DNA of 59,875 nt, filler included. It is 3 parts of 3 records of this genome, joined end to end, with 100 filler letters (N's around TTAATTAATTAA, not from the genome) between each part and the next. Parts side by side here need not be neighbours in the genome. Positions count along the whole stretch, not along the records: positions 48,908 to 59,875 come from SRR20825019_185; 2 more parts are not named here. One strand, written 5' to 3'. Position numbers and translations under genes: made by a program. The notes beneath the pieces were generated by a model that had not been told where the DNA came from, did no database searches, and saw only the letters and a list, made by a program, of their open reading frames with translations. Of this stretch, positions 56,801 to 59,875 are shown in pieces (the stretch's first letter is position 1; each line of letters starts with the position of its first letter).

Positions 56801-57475
56801 CAACGCGGTGGAAATGGTCCTGACGGACCATTGCAAATGGGTGCCGGTAAGACTGAGGTGGGTCGATGGGGTGATGCCCAGCAGGCTATGGCCGAGGAGG
56901 AGTTTGCCGTCCTGCAGTGCATCAATGCAATCCGCACCCACCCCAAATCCTTCATTCCCAGACTGGAAGACTACCTCCAGCGGTCCGAGGCCTTGGTTCA
57001 CACCGTTGAGGGGCCCGCAGCCGTCAAGGAGGCCATTGAGGTGCTTCAGACTGCACGGCCCGTTGTTGCCTTCCTCGAGGTTCCCATGGGTATGCTGTAT
57101 GCGGTGCGAGATCACATGGCGGACCTCTCTGGCAGGTTGGATGTGAGCGCACAGGGATCGGACGGATCTAGTCCATACCAACGTCTACTCCGATACGGGC
57201 AGGTCCCCCAGCGTGCCTCCCACCTTCAGAGTCTAGGACACTTAGCAGCCGAGGAGATCGTATTGCAGCTTATCATTGATGATGGTGTCAAGAACCGTAT
57301 TGACAGGCGCACCATCCTGGACCCCGAGATGAGGTACTGTGCCGTGTCGGTAGGAGTGCATCCCGTTCATGCCCAAGTTGCCATCGTTTCTATGGCCTAT
57401 GAGTTTGTAGACAAGCCAAGGGAGCTCCAGAACGACATCAACCGCAAGGTCCACAGAAGCCGACAGAGGCTATAG
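53822..57475 (+). CDS. CFAP69: CFAP69-like ARM-repeat flagellar protein with a C-terminal CAP-like domain
   Basis: REIRND, RWSTAQLLEIQ, SAVDCVWSCI....SEAAFI..DGV, W.S...G.SA.QL...LW resemble CFAP69. C-terminal INAIRTHP..EGPAAVKEAI..IVLQLIIDDGV..R..R..I is CAP-like. Confidence 0.8.
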   Translation: MQAAAATRPKKPMSSSGVGTGSSPLTKRLAQEHGFPKRLSATAGSRAARSIRSAPTDGARTRNGSANTVDEPIQASRGATLKMELAGVQRLQQLVELTNDPATATQYRQQAAGLAECLACFPNGFTPAVAQDGVGQLLLSLSAAVATGAEGTEKLVPALTSLIQRASQPLLCATLEDQRLAEAAVASICRSLSAPLSIPNHPEVRIAAAIGLGDVFALVRSMAGDDVGRSRDGRGLGETAASWRLNLRRSITLDVLQVLVSTWHRCVEEEMSAITTAANDASANQRAALSDSSDEDVEDKSSAANSSATGAGGTASSAERFAITASSRRTQSAIVPTELIALLRAVREASFLAPQANHLALDCDACDECFRTLAVCDRGDYRVGLIVDVLLNLLELCPEAAQSCTSPIAIQALYGAFVECLALGYQQRQREIRNDFIVILTHILQADGDAFIPLLGPLSEVLLDLACGSEMSQRVALAGDDNSSYALSPHINPTHHYTTRHEDQQAKLLSWAFLSALACRDEAIAGATLAWGFLQVLLSYIDVHCDLPAVVRWSTAQLLEIQEHALLVLSEMAPLAWERFVEYNAAHVLQSYIVECPDARLRNLAVTVLARLAVTDARTQVAEAGTTPMALQLLSSLDSDSLCVECLNMLADLVSLSDDQRKLFFDCGGVEIATPFLAFAPNYHTELRESVVLSAVDCVWSCIFGRPDSEAAFIAADGVHLFLSALETVSPKHAPYMVSALADLLNNADSVKFVRVWRSPTTGRSAVQLFTALWLRVAQSGDPVQAVGGGRLRDGQSAVSPSVLTLIEGQQTFLKVYACMCRVGFADHRELTPNQRATLAHIELYEQLCNDAAWLRVDEDLNEHSIQAIPTDRRKLDAILAAGRDRKNTLDEVQGHFLAEGADREAATDLAYYKSLIKKTEEALPDGVGVMCGMTITQAKIRKAQMLKQSFQSAQAQQQARTYEQAALHNTGSAGSSPATQQLSWTAPSPLLPQRGGNGPDGPLQMGAGKTEVGRWGDAQQAMAEEEFAVLQCINAIRTHPKSFIPRLEDYLQRSEALVHTVEGPAAVKEAIEVLQTARPVVAFLEVPMGMLYAVRDHMADLSGRLDVSAQGSDGSSPYQRLLRYGQVPQRASHLQSLGHLAAEEIVLQLIIDDGVKNRIDRRTILDPEMRYCAVSVGVHPVHAQVAIVSMAYEFVDKPRELQNDINRKVHRSRQRL

Positions 57476-57670
57476 CCCATTCCAACAACAACATTTTATG
57501 TATGTGTATTGCCGTATTGATGTACTCTCTCTTATGTTTCAATGTGTGTCAAGTTGTGTCATCACCCCTTCAAGGGTGTGCGCAATTCTTCCATTGTCAA
57601 TGTTGAAGTGTTTTATTATTGTTTATGCCTTATATCCCCTCTCTCCGTATTATAGGCCGCTCGTTTTCAA

Positions 57671-58741
57671 ATGTTCGGCGGAAACCACTATAAGAAGAAG
57701 ATCGACAAGAAGGAGAAGAAGAAGAGATCCTCTTCCTCGGCTCCCGCCGCACCGGTCATCCACAGCCACAACAAGAGTAAGTTGTCCGGCCCCATCGTGT
57801 CTCACACAGAGGTAAGGTATGCCCCTGACGATGCCAACAACGGGTACCAGCCAGGGCCTATCGGAGGCAAGCGTGGGCGCGCCACGACAGACGGCTTCAC
57901 TAGTGAGGGTACAAAGGGTCGGTCCGGCCCCGTCGTCGCACCCACAGCCCTGTCATCAGCCAGCAGCAAGGCTCAAAAGAAGCGCTTCTCGAGGGCGTCG
58001 GGTGACGACCTCCTGTCGCAGTTCAAGGCCAAGCTATCCGGTAGCACCTTCCGACTACTTAATGAACAGCTGTACAACAGCACCAGCGACACTGCCCAGG
58101 GGCTCCTAGCCGACCCCAGTGTATTCGAGGACTATCATTCAGGATATCGCCAACAACTGCAGCAGTGGCCAGTCGACCCCAACACCCTCATCATCGACAC
58201 CATTTCCAAGCACAGAGACGGTATGTTCAACGCCAACCCCAAGGAGAAGTCGGGATTCCACAAACACTCTATTATTGCCGATATGGGATGTGGTGATGCC
58301 AAGGTGAGCGCTGCCCTCTTGGCACAAGGGTACACCAGGGTACATGCCTTTGACCTGTGTGCCAACGACCTCAACAAGGCCTTCATTACCGTATGCAGTA
58401 CCACCAACACCCCCCTCAAAAACAACCAGGCTGATGTGTGCTTCTTCTCCTTGTCACTGATGGGTACCGACTGGTTCAACAGTATTATCGAGGCCCACCG
58501 TATTCTTAAGAATGGAGGCTCTTTGATTGTTCTTGAGGTGCGCTCTCGTATTCCCGATGCCCAGCAGTTTGCCGATGTTGTTTGCAGTGCGGACTTTAAG
58601 TGTCAGTGGTATGGCGTCGTGGGAAGCTACTTCGTGGCGTACAACTTCACCCGTGGTAATTACAGAAGTGGTAGCCTCGAACCCAAACCTAGCGTGCACC
58701 CCGGAGATGTCCTCCTACCCTCCGCCTATAAGAAGCGCTAA
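57671..58741 (+). CDS. RRP8: 25S rRNA m1A methyltransferase RRP8/nucleomethylin
   Basis: KLSGSTFRLLNEQLY, F.DYH.GY.QQ..QWP.DP, IADMGCGDA, FSLSLMGTD, EVRSR, terminal YKKR. Confidence 0.95.
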   Translation: MFGGNHYKKKIDKKEKKKRSSSSAPAAPVIHSHNKSKLSGPIVSHTEVRYAPDDANNGYQPGPIGGKRGRATTDGFTSEGTKGRSGPVVAPTALSSASSKAQKKRFSRASGDDLLSQFKAKLSGSTFRLLNEQLYNSTSDTAQGLLADPSVFEDYHSGYRQQLQQWPVDPNTLIIDTISKHRDGMFNANPKEKSGFHKHSIIADMGCGDAKVSAALLAQGYTRVHAFDLCANDLNKAFITVCSTTNTPLKNNQADVCFFSLSLMGTDWFNSIIEAHRILKNGGSLIVLEVRSRIPDAQQFADVVCSADFKCQWYGVVGSYFVAYNFTRGNYRSGSLEPKPSVHPGDVLLPSAYKKR

Positions 58742-58929
58742 TACCACCCCATTCCCATAACAGACACATAACCCCAACACAACCAACCCGACTAAAACCA
58801 CTTAAACACATATTTAATGTATGCCCCATGCTATTTTTTAAAATGTCTATCAGTGTCCCTTGTTTTGATTTTCCTCATACCATTTTCACCCCCTCCTCTA
58901 GTGCCCCATTCCTCATACTATCTACCACA

Positions 58930-59802
58930 ATGGCCAACCGTCCTACAGGAGGTTCACTCATCGACGAAATTAGTCCCGTACCCACCCTACAGCAGCTACA
59001 CAAGGTGCAGCTGATGCGAACTACCCTTGTCACCCTCCTTGAGAGTGATGACTTTGAACGTGCTGTACGGGGGTATTTTGTTAGGGTACTGCTCGAGATG
59101 CGCAACGAAGGAGAGCAGCAGCCTGTGCCCGGATCTCCTGATGACTACTACCTAGCCCCCATTACCGGTGCCACTACCGGCCCCGAGTATAGCGGGTTTA
59201 GCTGCAGCGGTGACACCACCAACAAGTACCTCATCATTGAGCTGCCACCCGTATTCCGGAACACCCCCCGCGGCAACGAACTGCAACTCAACTCTATTTC
59301 AAACACAGCTCTCAAGCCACAAGAGTATGAGAAGTGGAAGGTGTTGAGCCGTACGAACAACATTGCCACAATCACCAACGCCCAGCTAGAGCTGCTCGCC
59401 GACAGCCTCCGCAAGGAGATTGCTGCTGTCAAGCGGCGGAGGAAGGAGGGCCTGGTGCTGGCCGGTCTGGGTGAGGTGGAGGCCCAGCGTCGTCGGGAGG
59501 TGCTAGAGGTGGAGTTGGCCAAGAAGTACCTGCGCATCCCCACCACGTCCGACCTCTCCAAATGCGACGTGGCTGCTCTTCACAAGTTGGAGTACGACGT
59601 CCTCGACATGGTGACCTCGTTACGTAATGCTATCAGTGAGAAGACCAAGTGCCGTGTGTGTAAGGAGCGCAAAGCCAACACGGTGTTCCTCCCATGTAAG
59701 CACGAAGCCGTATGCAGCGAGTGCAGTAAGGAGTGCACACACTGTCCTGTGGCCGAGTGCAACAAACTAATCGATGTGCGTATCGACCCATACGACAGCT
59801 AG
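58930..59802 (+). CDS. Plus3-like domain plus C-terminal C3HC4 RING finger protein
   Basis: QL.R..L..LL....FE.AVRG.FVRV and LNSISN.....EY.KW are Plus3-like. RING CRVC...FLPCKHEAVCSEC....HCP...C. ATG at 58930 follows a polypyrimidine-AG. Confidence 0.8.
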   Translation: MANRPTGGSLIDEISPVPTLQQLHKVQLMRTTLVTLLESDDFERAVRGYFVRVLLEMRNEGEQQPVPGSPDDYYLAPITGATTGPEYSGFSCSGDTTNKYLIIELPPVFRNTPRGNELQLNSISNTALKPQEYEKWKVLSRTNNIATITNAQLELLADSLRKEIAAVKRRRKEGLVLAGLGEVEAQRRREVLEVELAKKYLRIPTTSDLSKCDVAALHKLEYDVLDMVTSLRNAISEKTKCRVCKERKANTVFLPCKHEAVCSECSKECTHCPVAECNKLIDVRIDPYDS

Positions 59803-59875
59803 TCGTCTCTTCACCACCACCACCACACACCAACGAAACACTAGATCAATTACCACTTACCTCACCCTTCAAACA

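Noticed and set aside
1-59875. Alternative genetic code or stop readthrough
   Set aside because: Conserved genes end at TAA, TAG and TGA, and apparent internal stops are explained by canonical introns.

Overview
Eukaryotic window made of three unrelated contigs joined by artificial 100-nt spacers (44 N + TTAATTAATTAA + 44 N at 29392-29491 and 48808-48907). Contigs 1 (1-29391) and 2 (29492-48807) look like one gene-dense protist with short GT-AG introns (mostly about 35-60 nt) and a very GC-rich island upstream of almost every gene start. They encode RPL27, HRD1, a GST(EF1B-gamma-type)-AsnRS fusion, a DMT transporter, QCR9, a CRAL-TRIO protein, copine, an SLC13/TrkA-C transporter, a TAF1A-like protein, a UPF0390 protein, a CAP-domain membrane protein, a giant RasGAP, a BART protein, a CRT-like transporter and several hypothetical proteins. 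Contig 3 (48908-59875) is a different organism, a kinetoplastid: seven intronless co-oriented genes, each preceded by a polypyrimidine-AG trans-splice signal (nucleotide-sugar transporter, Leishmania-type APRT, UNG, betaproteobacterial-type MDH, CFAP69-CAP fusion, RRP8, Plus3-RING). No rRNA, tRNA, CRISPR array or intact mobile element could be supported. Best leads: the GST-AsnRS fusion, a 16-aa RRxS-repeat helical protein, the promoter-island architecture, a probable bacterial HGT of MDH, and a structured RPL27 intron. Family calls come from motif recognition, not database searches, and exon boundaries were inferred by eye.
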